DNA of 34,743 nt, from contig NC_068988.1 in NCBI RefSeq assembly GCF_001194135.2, forward strand, positions 23,154,517 to 23,189,259, in the 5' to 3' direction. The notes below the pieces were generated by a model. It was given only the letters and a program-made list of their open reading frames with translations. It was not told the origin of the DNA and did not search any database. The stretch is from Octopus bimaculoides. Its lineage: Eukaryota. The position numbers and the translations under genes are program-made. Below are positions 11,803-22,663 of this stretch, piece by piece. Each line of letters begins with the position of its first letter. Position 1 is the first letter of the stretch.

Positions 11803-12241
11803 ACCACCATTCGAGCGTGATTGTTGCCAGAGCAGCTGTCTGGCTTCCGTGCCAGTGGCATGTACATAGCACCATTTGAGCATGATCGTTACTAGCGTCG
11901 CCTTCCTGGCACTTGTGCTGGCGGCATGTGAAAAGACATTCGAGCGAGATCGTTGCCAGTGCCGATGGACTGGCTCCTGTGCAGGTGGCACGTAAAATAC
12001 ACTATTTTGAGCGTGGCCGTTGCCAGTACCGCCTGACTGGCCTTCGTGCAGGTGGCACGTAAAAGCACCCACTACACTCTCTGAGTGGTTGGTGTTAGGA
12101 AGGGCATCCAGTTATAGAAACTCTGCCAAATCAGATTGGAGCCTGGTGTAGCCATCTGGTTCACCAGTCCTCAGTCAAATCATCCAACCCATGCTAGCAT
12201 GGAAAACGGACGTTAAACGATGACGATGATGATGATGATGT
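11803..12241 (+). mobile_element. Family C with four ~65-bp internal units
   Basis: Unit markers at 11813, 11878, 11942 and 12009; terminal CCATGCTAGCATGG palindrome; (GAT)n tail. Confidence 0.9.
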
Positions 12242-12244
12242 CCT

Positions 12245-12467
12245 AAAGGTGGTCAGCTTGCAGGATTGTTACCACACTGGACGAAATGCTTAGAAGATTT
12301 TCATTTGTTTTTATCTCCTAAGTTCCATTTCTTCCATGGCCAATATTTTTCTTCATCTTTTTTTGGTGTCAATAAAATAAATACCAGTCATGAACTGGGG
12401 TTGGTGTAACTGACTTATCCCCTCCTTCAGAATTGTTGGCCTTGTGCCAAAATTTGAAACCAAAATC
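12245..12467 (+). mobile_element. Family A, old copy
   Basis: Degenerate head plus aataaaataaataccag...ctgggg core. Confidence 0.65.
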
Positions 12468-12590
12468 TAGTATTTCATTTTCAAGATGGTGACTGCTATT
12501 TCTTGTAGGCTGGATAAGCATTTAGAATCTTCTGATGGAAGTACAGATGATTGTATTGGTAGTGGTGGTGGTGATGTTGGTAGTGTTAAT

Positions 12591-13207
12591 CTGGGCTCTG
12601 GAGTCAAAACAAAAAACTTCAACTCCTACTCCTCCACTATTGGCACTTTTGACTCTGACTCCTCTAGTATCGGCGCCTCTGTCTCTGACTCCTCTACTGT
12701 TGGCATCTCTGACACTCTGACGCCTCTATGTAATTAAGTGACTATGGTCTACTTCACTGACTCCGACTCCAGCTACCTCTCAATTGTTTCTGACTCCACC
12801 ACTCCGACCCCCCACGACTCCGACCCCTCATGACTCCGACACCATGACTCCACTCCCACGACTCCAACCCCCACGACTCCAACCCCCACGACTCCAACCC
12901 CCNNNNNNNNNNNNNNNNNNNNNNNNNNNNNNNNNNNNNNNNNNNNNNNNNNNNNNNNNNNNNNNNNNNNNNNNNNNNNNNNNNNNNNNNNNNNNNNNNN
13001 NNNNNNNNNNNNNNNNNNNNNNNNNNNNNNNNNNNNNNNNNNNNNNNNNNNNNNNNNNNNNNNNNNNNNNNNNNNNNNNNNNNNNNNNNNNNNNNNNNNN
13101 NNNNCTCTGACTCCTCTACTGTTGGCATCTCTGACACTCTGACGCCTCTATGTAATTAAGTGACTATGGTCTACTTCACTGACTCCGACTCCCACCCTAC
13201 AGCCCTG
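12591..13207. mobile_element. Non-autonomous hAT-like DNA transposon (MITE) rich in GACTCC repeats
   Basis: Left end ctgggctctggagtc; right end reverse complement cagggctgtagggtgggagtc. Flanks gtgttaat and gtgataag match at 6 of 8 positions, consistent with a decayed 8-bp TSD. Confidence 0.55.
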
Positions 13208-13539
13208 GTGATAAGGATGTTGACTATAGTATTGATGTTGATGGTGGTGATGATATTTAATGATGGTTATAATGCTGCTGATGATGATGATAATGGCTGT
13301 GATGGTGATGATGATGATGATGATGAAAGCGACAACAAACAAAAATAGCAGACTCCAGCATATTTCCCTTCTAGGTGGGAATGGTAAAAATATCCCTGCT
13401 GAGTAAAGATTAATATAAAAAGGATACGTGGTGGGGATGGATTGTGTGTATGTTTGCATATCTAGGTGGTTTATGTGTATGCGTTTGTGTGTGTATTTTT
13501 GTCTGTCTGTGTGTATGTGTGACACAGGAAAGGAAAGAA

Positions 13540-13710
13540 TGTGGTTTAATGTGTGTGTGTGTGTTATGTGATTATATGTGTATGTATTTTTGTTTATTTG
13601 TTTATGTGTGTGTGTGTGTGTGTGTATGTGTGGGAGCGAGAGAAAGAAAAAGAACAAGAATGTGGTGTTAGGTATGAATGTGTATACATGTTTATATATG
13701 TGTGTATATA

Positions 13711-13762
<52 letters not shown>

Positions 13763-14270
13763 TATGCGTGTCTATATATGTATGTACATGTGTGTATGTA
13801 TATATATACCTGTGTATGTGAATGTATATTTGTGTATGTATATATGTACACGTGTATGTGAATGTATACGTGTATGTACAGTTGAACATGTGTCTGCATG
13901 TATATGTGTGTATGTATATATGTACATATGTGTGTATGCATATATGAACATGTGTGTGCATGTATATATGTTTATATATGTACACGTGTCTGTGTATGTA
14001 TGTGTACATGTGTGTATATAAGTATATATATATATATGTACATGTGTGTGTGTATATGTATGTATATATACATGTGTGTGTATATATATATATATGTATA
14101 TGTACATATGTGTATGTGTGTATATATATATATATATGTACATATGTGTATGTATGTGTTTATTTGTGCTGTAATATTTCAGTAGATGGTAACTTCCCAT
14201 GTGCATATGTATGTGTCTATATATTTGTACTTTTATATGTGTGTATGTATGTGTGTGTGCGTATGTATGT
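13540..14270. repeat. Compound (TG)/(TA) microsatellite field
   Basis: Direct inspection. Confidence 0.95.
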
Positions 14271-14437
14271 AACTATGAGGGGCACTACATTCTTTTTATA
14301 TAACTATGTGAATGTGTTTCCTTGCATGTGTTGTTTTTATTACTAAATTTTGTCAGACATATGAAGAGGCTGTCCCATCATGTGTGACTCATATTTGGTT
14401 AGCTGCAAAAAAATTATGCAGTTTGAATGCATCGCAA

Positions 14438-14460
14438 TAGGGGTTAGGGTTAGGGTTAGG
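14438..14460 (+). repeat. Short interstitial (TTAGGG)n tract
   Basis: tagggttagggttagggttaggg. Confidence 0.9.
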
Positions 14461-14887
14461 GTTGTGTGGTGATGTTTGCATTTTATTCTATATATGTATA
14501 TGCTTTTTATATATTGTTTTTTTACATTTTGTTAACTTACTTATTCTCTGCTTTAATTACATTACTGCGCAATTAATTAATTAGTTGACAATTTCATCAT
14601 GGGTCACACATGCAAAATGTGTGTGTGGAGATGGGGCAGGGTTCGACCCTAACCTTTTATTCAGTACCCCCCACCCTAACCAACCCACCGAGCCAACATG
14701 TGCATCATATTTGGAATCTAGTTTTATAGTTGAATGGCAGGAAAGTTGTACAGCCTTGGCCCTGTGGTTAAAGAAGTCCTTTTCGCACTCATGTGTTCGG
14801 GAGTTCAATCCCACAGCCTGGTACCTTAGCCAGGTGCTTTATAGTGTATAGTGGCCTTGATGCAGGCCAAGTCTTTTGAATGATATT

Positions 14888-15329
14888 GGCACAAGTGTGG
14901 TTGTGTGGTAATTAGCTTGCTTCCCAACCACATGGTTTTGGGTTCAGTCCCACTGTGTGGCACCTTGGGCAAGCTTCTACTATAGCCTCAGACTGACCAA
15001 AGCCTTCTGAGTGGATTTGGTAGCTAGAAACTGAATGTAGTGCATCGTATTTACATGTATATATGTGTGTATGTGTATATATTCGTGTATGTGTGTCTTT
15101 GTGCCTCTGTTCCCCACCCCAATCACCGCTTAACAATCAATGTTGGTGTGTTTATGTCCCTGTGATTTAGCAGTTTGGTTGAAGAAACTCATAGAATAAG
15201 ATCCAGGCAGCAAAGAAAAAAAAAAATAATAATAAATGCTAAGGTCAATTAATTCTGCTAAAATTCTTCAAGGTGATGCCCCAGCATGGCTGTAGTCTCT
15301 TGCATGAAACAGGTAAAAAGTAAAAGATA
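14888..15329 (+). mobile_element. Family B, full-length and diverged (preceded by an older head at ~14750-14885)
   Basis: Head, central TA/TG tract and tail. Confidence 0.8.
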
Positions 15330-15417
15330 ACAGATGGTTAAGGTCATGAGATGGATTGTAGTATGGTTGTGCTTGAGTGGTGGACTTATTCCATACATGA
15401 AAGACCAGCTTCAGTGT

Positions 15418-15558
15418 GGAGGCACGTGGCTTCGTGGTTAGGGTGTTGGACTCATGATCATAAGATTGTGGTTTCCATTCCTGTACCAGGTGATGTGATG
15501 TGTCCTTGAGCAAAACACTATATATCATGTTGCTCCAGTCCACTCAGCTTTCAAAAAG
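15418..15558 (+). mobile_element. Family D2 tRNA-Arg-like SINE, 5' part
   Basis: ggaggcacgtggcttcgtggttagggtgttggactcatgatc head, then gctccagtccactcagc. Confidence 0.7.
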
Positions 15559-15940
15559 TGTAATCCTATGTGTTAATCTATGTGTTAATCTGACTCAAGA
15601 AGATAACTTTACCATTACCTTTTTTACCTCCACTTCGGTCAAGATTGACCAGGCATCAGCACTTTGCATGTACAGGTCCCTGACCATAACTATAAACATA
15701 GGCCCCTTTCCTCAATCACCGGCTTTGTTTCTTTAAAACTTTTTGGAAAATGCATATATTTTTTTAATGAAATTTTCCCAGGATCCATTTTTGAATTTTC
15801 CAGAAAGACCTGGAAGCTTCTATGCATGCAAGTCTATCTATTCTATGATATCAGTGCTTATTCTTTGTAAACCCTGACCAAGTAGACCTACGACCAAACA
15901 CTTTCTAACCATGGCCACCATCTCCTTTTCAAACATAGAT

Positions 15941-16168
15941 ACAAGGCCTGGCTGTGTAGTTAAGAAGTTTGCTTTCTGACCACGTGGTTGTGGGTTCAAT
16001 TCCATTGCATGGAACCTCGGGTAAATGCTTATAAGTGTGGATGTAACTCTGTAGTTGAGAACTTTACTTCCCAACCACATGGCTTCCGGGTTCGGTCACA
16101 CTGTATGATACCTTGGACTGCTGTCTTCTACAATAGCCCTGGGTTGACCAAAAGCCTTGTGAGTGGAC
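15941..16168 (+). mobile_element. Two tandem diverged family B heads
   Basis: The ccacgtggttgtgggttcaattcc and ccacatggcttccgggttcggtcac motifs repeat. Confidence 0.7.
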
Positions 16169-16211
16169 AACGGATGTTAAATGATAATGATGGTGATGAT
16201 GATGGATGTCT

Positions 16212-16249
<38 letters not shown>

Positions 16250-16706
16250 GGATGCTAATTGTTTCACCAGTATGTTATGGTGTAATTTGAAAAGGAATTG
16301 GCTGCTATTTCTAGCTCTGTTGTTACTTGTGGATAGAGATAGTGACAGCATTGTAGGTGGTGTTGGTGATGATGATGGCAAGAGATGAAAAATGCAAATG
16401 TTAGGAGATTTAGCGAGGAGGCGGGGCTTGAATATATTGTCCCGCCTCCTCCCAAAGGTAAGAGAGCTGTGATANNNNNNNNNNGGGGGGGGGGCAGAGT
16501 AAGGGAAACAGGAAGTAAAAGCTTTAATGATATCAGAAGTAGGAGGTATAGAATGAACTTTGGTGGGGAGGATGAACAGATGTGTGGGTATATATGTAAA
16601 TGTATCTTTGTGTATATGTATATGTATCACACACACACACACACCCACACACACTGGCACACTGTCTTGCTCATATAAATAAATATATATAAATAGATAT
16701 ATTTGT

Positions 16707-16884
16707 GGAGGCACAATGGCCCAGTGGTTAGGGCAGCGGACTCATGGTCGGAGGATCGCAGTTTCGATTCCCAGAACTGGCGTTGTGTGTGTTTATTGAG
16801 CAAAAGCACTTAAAGCTTCACGAGGCTCCAGCAGGGATGGTGGCGACCCCTGTTGTACTCTTTTGCCCCAACTTTCTTTCACTC
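16707..16884 (+). mobile_element. Family D1 tRNA-Arg-like SINE, 3' truncated
   Basis: Aligns to 26283-26460. Confidence 0.8.
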
Positions 16885-16944
16885 GTTATATTCAACCATA
16901 TAACTCCTGTAAGGTCTTAAAACATCAGCAACATGTAAATGTAT

Positions 16945-16982
<38 letters not shown>

Positions 16983-17173
16983 TACTCTTTTACTTGTTTC
17001 AGTCATTTGACTGCAGCCATGCTGGAGCACTGCCTTTCATCGAGCAAATCGACCCCAAGACATATTCTTTGTAAGCCTTACCGAACTGCTAAGTTATGGA
17101 GACTAAACACACCGCCATCGGTTGTCAAGCGATGTTGGTGGGGACAAACACAGACACACAAACATATACACAC

Positions 17174-17267
<94 letters not shown>

Positions 17268-17419
17268 GATGGGCTTCTTTCAGTTTCCATCTACCAAATC
17301 CACTCACAAGGATTTGGTCGGCCCGAGGCTATAGTAGAAGACACTTGCCCAAGGTGCCACACAGTGGGAATGAACCCAAAACAATGTGGTTGGTAAGCAA
17401 GCTACTTACCACATAGCCA

Positions 17420-17422
<3 letters not shown>
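16983..17422 (-). mobile_element. Family B, full-length, with a long central (TA)n and a ~30-bp internal deletion
   Basis: Reverse complement of the family B pattern, with (TA)n on both flanks. Confidence 0.9.
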
Positions 17423-17457
<35 letters not shown>

Positions 17458-17634
17458 CAGGCTACACACGCACTTATATGCTTTGTCTTCGCTTCAACTT
17501 TCTTCTTATTATTATTATTTTTGTGTCCTCTTCAGTGGCTCTCTGTCCTACATATCTCCTCTTGTTCTGCTTATTTTATTTCGTCCTAAAATATAAGTGA
17601 CCAAATATATAGTGTGTCCGTTTAATTCTCTTAC

Positions 17635-17687
17635 TTCAGTCTGCTGCAAATGATTATTTATCATATCTATCATCTCTGGATTTTCCA
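17635..17687 (-). CDS. Candidate internal coding exon 4 (phase 1->0, [M/V]ENPEMIDMINNHLQQTE)
   Basis: Acceptor aatatttttatcaccag| and donor GAA|gtaaga. 53 nt with only one open frame, in unique AT-rich DNA. Confidence 0.55.
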
Positions 17688-18340
17688 CTGGTGATAAAAA
17701 TATTCTATTAAAATTACTTGCTGCTCCCACCTACCAGCATAATTTTGTCCTTCTGCCAAAGTGCCTATGTTACAAAACTATATATGTAGATCAAAAGAAT
17801 TCTGTCATGGAAACAATAATTTTAACAGTGGTAAATTCTGAAATTATAAAAATAACTCTTAAAAAGTGATTGAAATTACTACAATTTTCCATTTGTTTAT
17901 TTTGTGTTTTTACAAATTTGTTTATATTATAATTTTAATGCAGAACATTAATGTTAATATTGTAATATAGAGTATTAATATTAATCTCTTAGTAGTTGTT
18001 ATACTAATATTAATAATGTATTAACATTGTATCGTAGGGTACTAGAATTTATATTGTAATAAACGATACTAAAATTAATCATTAGAGTTAGTTCAAATCA
18101 ATTTAATTCTAGTTCAGCCATTTTAATACTAGAAAGATGAAAGGGTCAGACTCTTAAGGATTTAAGAAATTTTTCATGAATATTGCAATTCAGAAAATCT
18201 TATTGATTAATATTAATACCCTTATATGTTAAGATCTCGTTAAAAAAACAAAAACAAAAAACTGTTTCTGTTTGTTGGTTGTTGCTTTATTTATTTATTT
18301 ATTTTTTTGGTGGTGGTGGTGGTGGGAGCAGGTTAGGTGT

Positions 18341-18730
18341 CAAGGTATGTAGCCTAGTAGTTATGATATTGCACTCATGATTTTAAGATTGTGGTTTCAA
18401 TTCCACCGGTTGGTACATTGAGCTCTTGAATAAAACTTAACTGTTCAGCAAAAAAAAAAAAAACTGAAAGAATAAGTATTGGGCCTAAAAAAAAACAAAC
18501 AAATTACAGGGATTAATTCACTCGACTAAAAGTTCTTCCCCAGCATGGCCAACGTCTAATGACTGAAACAAGTAATAGATACAAGATAAAACACTTCATT
18601 TCACATTGCCGCAGTCCACTCAGCTGTAAATGAATAACACTGCAAGGAACTGGCATCCTGGTTAGCGGGTAATGTTAGGCCAGTTACCATGGAAACAAGG
18701 TAACTGGCCCTGGGACTCCTGAAACTCAAG
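18341..18730 (+). mobile_element. Family D2 SINE interrupted by a family B tail fragment (~18439-18588)
   Basis: The head resembles 15418; the body resumes at aaaacacttcatttcacattgccgcagtccactcagc. Confidence 0.6.
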
Positions 18731-18873
18731 ACAGCAATGTCCAGAGGTTGATGATGGAGATGATAAGAGTAGGAAAAATATTCAGTCAGTTTCATCTCCA
18801 ACGCATTGATGTAACAGTTAAGATAAGTCATAATTATATGACTGTGACCAATGACGACTATATGATTACAGTG

Positions 18874-19073
18874 ATAATCTTTTCTACTCTCGGCACAAGG
18901 CCTGAAATTTTTGGGGAGGGAGTGGCCAGTCAATTAGTACTTATTTTATCAACCCCAAAAGAATGAAAGGCAAAGTTGACCTTGGCAGAATTTGAACTCA
19001 GAACGTAAAGACAGATGAAATACCACTAAACATTTCGCCCAGCATGCTAACGTCTCTGACAGCTTGCTGCCTG
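18874..19073 (-). mobile_element. Family A monomer with tail 2
   Basis: Reverse-complement core and head. Confidence 0.8.
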
Positions 19074-19089
19074 GCACTGTCTGTAGATA

Positions 19090-19527
19090 TTCTTTTCTAC
19101 TCTAGGTTCAAGGCTCAAAATTTTTGGGAAGGGAACCCAGTTGATTAGATCGACCCCTGTATGCAACTAGTATTTAATTTATTGATGCCGAAAATATGAA
19201 AGGCAAAGTTGACCTCGGCAGAATTTAAATTCAGAACATAAATAAAGACAAACGAAATACCGTGAAGCATTTCGCCCGGCGTGCTGATGTTTCCTATTTC
19301 TTTACTGCCCACAAGGGGCTACACCTAGAGGGAACAAACAAGGACAGACAAACGGATTAAGTCGATTATATCGACCCCAGTGCGTAACTGGTACTTAATT
19401 TATCGACCCCGAAAGGATGAAAGGCAAAGTCGACCTCGGCCGAATTTGAACTCACAATGTAGCAGCAGACGAAATACCGCTACGCATTTCACCCGGCGTG
19501 CTATCATTTCTGCCAGCTCACCACCTC
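19090..19527 (-). mobile_element. Family A complete dimer
   Basis: Two B-boxes and two cores, with the monomer junction near 19290. Confidence 0.85.
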
Positions 19528-19629
19528 TTGCGGTGATATTATTTATGTAAATATTGAATTGCTGTTTCTCTCAGTTATCATTAGCAACTGAAGGAAACAA
19601 AGTAAAATAATAACGATAATAATAATATG

Positions 19630-20060
19630 TGTAGGAGTAGCTGTGTGGTAAGTAGCTTGCTTACGAACCACATGGTTCTGGGTTCAGTCCCACTGTGTGG
19701 CACCTTGGGTAAGTGTCTTCCACTATAACCTCTGGCCGACCAAAGCCTTGTGAGTGGATTTGGTAGACAGAAACTGAAAGAAGCCCATCGTATATATGTA
19801 TATATATATGTATATATATATATATGTGTGTGTGTGTGCTTCTAATATATGTTTGTGTGTCTTTGTTTGTCCCACCAACATCGCTTGACATCTGATGCTG
19901 GTGTGTTTACGTCCCTGTAACTTAGCGGTTCAGCAAAAGATACCGATAGAATAAGTACTAGGCTTACAAAGAATAAGTCCTAGGCTCGATTTGCTCGACT
20001 AAAGGCAGTGCTCCAGCATGGCCACAGTCAAATGACTGAAACACGTAAAAGAGTAAAAAG
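19630..20060 (+). mobile_element. Family B, full-length
   Basis: All modules present. Confidence 0.9.
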
Positions 20061-21444
20061 GTAGGTAGGGCAGGGATTAAGGAGCAGAAGGTGGTGGCGT
20101 GGGGGAGTATCCCCCCCATCCTAGAACAAATGACATGTTTAGCCAGGCTCTGTGGATATTACTGTGATGGCGTTGCCATGGAAAATGGCCAGTGACATTT
20201 CACTGCAGTAACCACTCCACCTTGTGTATCTTATTTCTCAGATGTGCTGCAGTTATTCTGATATCATAATGTATTATAAATTATGACAAGTTATTGTAAG
20301 TTAAACCAGCTTTGCTTTGGACCCAGTATATAATGATGGCCTTCATAATGATACTCATGTCGTTGTAGATCAAAGAATCCGGAAGAATAATGGACAAAGA
20401 CTGCGATAAATATTGCTATTCAGCAAGAAATCTTATTTAAAATTGTCTGGATTCTTCCAGTTCCAGATATATGGCAGATCTTATGATATCTCAGTTAATA
20501 CAAAGCAAAGTTCTCAACCATTCTACTATGCCTGTCTTAATGCTGATCAATCAATTGGTTAATTATAAATAATTACTGGTTAAATTAATGTGGCTGAGTA
20601 TATTTGTTATGTAATTCTCAGGTCAAATTAGTGTGACATAATATGTAATTAGGCTTTTTCTGCTGAGATCTACTTTGCCTTTCATCCTTTAAAGGTTGAT
20701 AGAATAAGTACCAGTTGAATACTGGGGCTGATGTAATTAACTTACCCCTCCTTCGAAATTGCTGGCCCTGTGCTAAAATTTGAATCTAATATGTAACTAG
20801 GCTAGGCCTTTCAATTACTGTTATAATCTATATAATGGGTTTCTATATAATTTCCCTTTTCTTAATTTCACTCTCAAGGCTTAGTGTATTTGTGGAGGTT
20901 ATGTTAAAAGACACTTGCTCAATTTTCCATACTGTGGGCTCAAGCCCTGGACATTATAAATGCAAAGTGAACTTCTTGGCTATCCAACCATGTCTGCATT
21001 TGTTTACAGTTGGTAAAAGGTGTGACTGTTTCACTTTCCATTACGCTACAAGCTATGAGCTCAACCATGATGTGTGTGTCTCACTTGTTTTCTTCCCCCT
21101 TCTGTCTGTCTGTCTATCTTTCTTATACACACACACTCACTCACACATGCTCACAGACATTCGTTTACACACTAGAACGGTTCAGGCACTGAAATCATTG
21201 ATTGTCCTCCAAGACTGCTGCTATTTGAGCTCAAATGATGCTGTTTATAAAAACAAAAATAGAACAAAAAATAAAGTTTAAAAAAAAATATGAAAAATAA
21301 ATTACAAGTTGTTGTTCTTAAGTGTCTGAACATCTGAGAAGATTTATTTTTAATATAATTATAATTTTTTCAGAATATTTTGATTGATTATTTATAGATT
21401 CTGTAAAGATGAGGTTAATAACCTGAAAAATCATATCATTATAA

Positions 21445-21950
21445 ACAGGCGCAGGTATGACTGTGTAATTGAGGAGCTTGCTTCCCAACCACATGGTTTC
21501 GGGTTCAATCCCACTGCGTGGCATCTTGAACAAATGTCATCTGCTATAGGCCCTAGTTGACTAAAGCCTTGTGAGGGGATTCAGTAGAAAGAAACTGAAA
21601 AAAAGCCTATCGTGTGTGTGTGTGTGTAACATTGTGTTGTTCCCCCACAGCTTGACATCCCATTTGGGTTTTTATTCTTTCATTCTTTTATTTGGTTGTC
21701 ACTTGACTGCGGCCATGCTGGAGCACTGCCTTTAGTCGAACAAATCAACCCTAGGACTTGTAAGCCTAGTACTTATTCATTATAAGCCTAGTAGCTATTC
21801 ATTATAAGCCTAGTACTTATTCATTATAAGCCTAGTACATATTCTATCGGTTTCTTTTGCTGAACTGCTAAGTTACGAGGACATAAACACACTAACATCG
21901 GTTGTCAAGTGATGGTGGGAGTAGGGGCAAACACAGATACATATATACAT
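21445..21950. mobile_element. Family B 5' half (+, 21445-21660) abutting an inverted family B 3' half (-, 21668-21950)
   Basis: Opposite-orientation matches to the family B pattern. Confidence 0.75.
21761..21844. repeat. 22-bp minisatellite, about 3.8 copies, inside the family B tail
   Basis: taagcctagtacttattcatta units start at 21761, 21783, 21805 and 21827. Confidence 0.95.
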
Positions 21951-21952
21951 AT

Positions 21953-22148
21953 GGTCAGCAAACTGGACAAAATACTTTGTGGCATTTCATCCATCTTTAT
22001 GTTCTGAGTTCGAATTCAACTGCAGTTGACTTACCTTTCATCCTTTCAGGGTCGACAAAATAAGTACCAGTTTGGCACTGGGGTCAATGTGATTGATTTA
22101 TCCCTCTGTGAAACTTACTAGCCATGCACCAATATTCAAAGCCAATAT
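21953..22148 (+). mobile_element. Family A, old copy (another old core at 20665-20790)
   Basis: B-box and core motifs. Confidence 0.7.
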
Positions 22149-22606
22149 TTTAAGGGAAATTTTTTTCGTTGTTTCTGAAGATTTTAATCCTTTTGTTACT
22201 GTATTTATTTTGTGTTTCTTTCAATTAATTTTAAATATAACAAAGAATTTAGTAAAATCATTTAGCTAGTGTTAGGAACATAAATTGTGACTAAGGTTTG
22301 GTGGAAGATTCTAATGCAAAATTTATGTAAAAAAGACCTTTGTACTACAAAGCCAGAGCCAGTTTTGGCCGGGTTGGTATCCGAAGGGCTTAAGGCTAAA
22401 ACCATCTTTCCTTCACAGCATTCGTGTTTTTTTTTTTCTGTTATTTTCTTTCCATGTTTGTACTATATTTCCTTTCATTCAAGCCGATCTCAACTTCATT
22501 CTTTATTCCTTTTTCTGTTTTTCTCTTCTACTTCCAGCTGGGACAGGATCCAAAGTTGTACCTGCACTTTTTTGAAGGGATATCTACCTGTGTTCGTAAA
22601 CCTTAC

Positions 22607-22663
22607 TCCTAGTGACTGAAATGTGCTGAATATTAAATTCTTCGCTGAGATTAGACAGTCTCT
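22607..22663 (-). CDS. Candidate internal coding exon 3 (phase 1->1, [E]RLSNLSEEFNIQHISVTR)
   Basis: Acceptor ttcttttttttaattgaag| and donor GGA|gtaagg. 57 nt. A second frame (RDCLISAKNLIFSTFQSLG, phase 0->0) is also open. Confidence 0.45.

Noticed and set aside
14438-14460. True telomere or chromosome end
   Set aside because: Only about four units, internal, with ordinary flanks.
21761-21844. CRISPR-like array
   Set aside because: The units are contiguous with no spacers, the context is a eukaryotic SINE, and there are no cas genes. The same applies to the 15-bp repeat at 12857 and the 18-bp duplication at 28198-28233.
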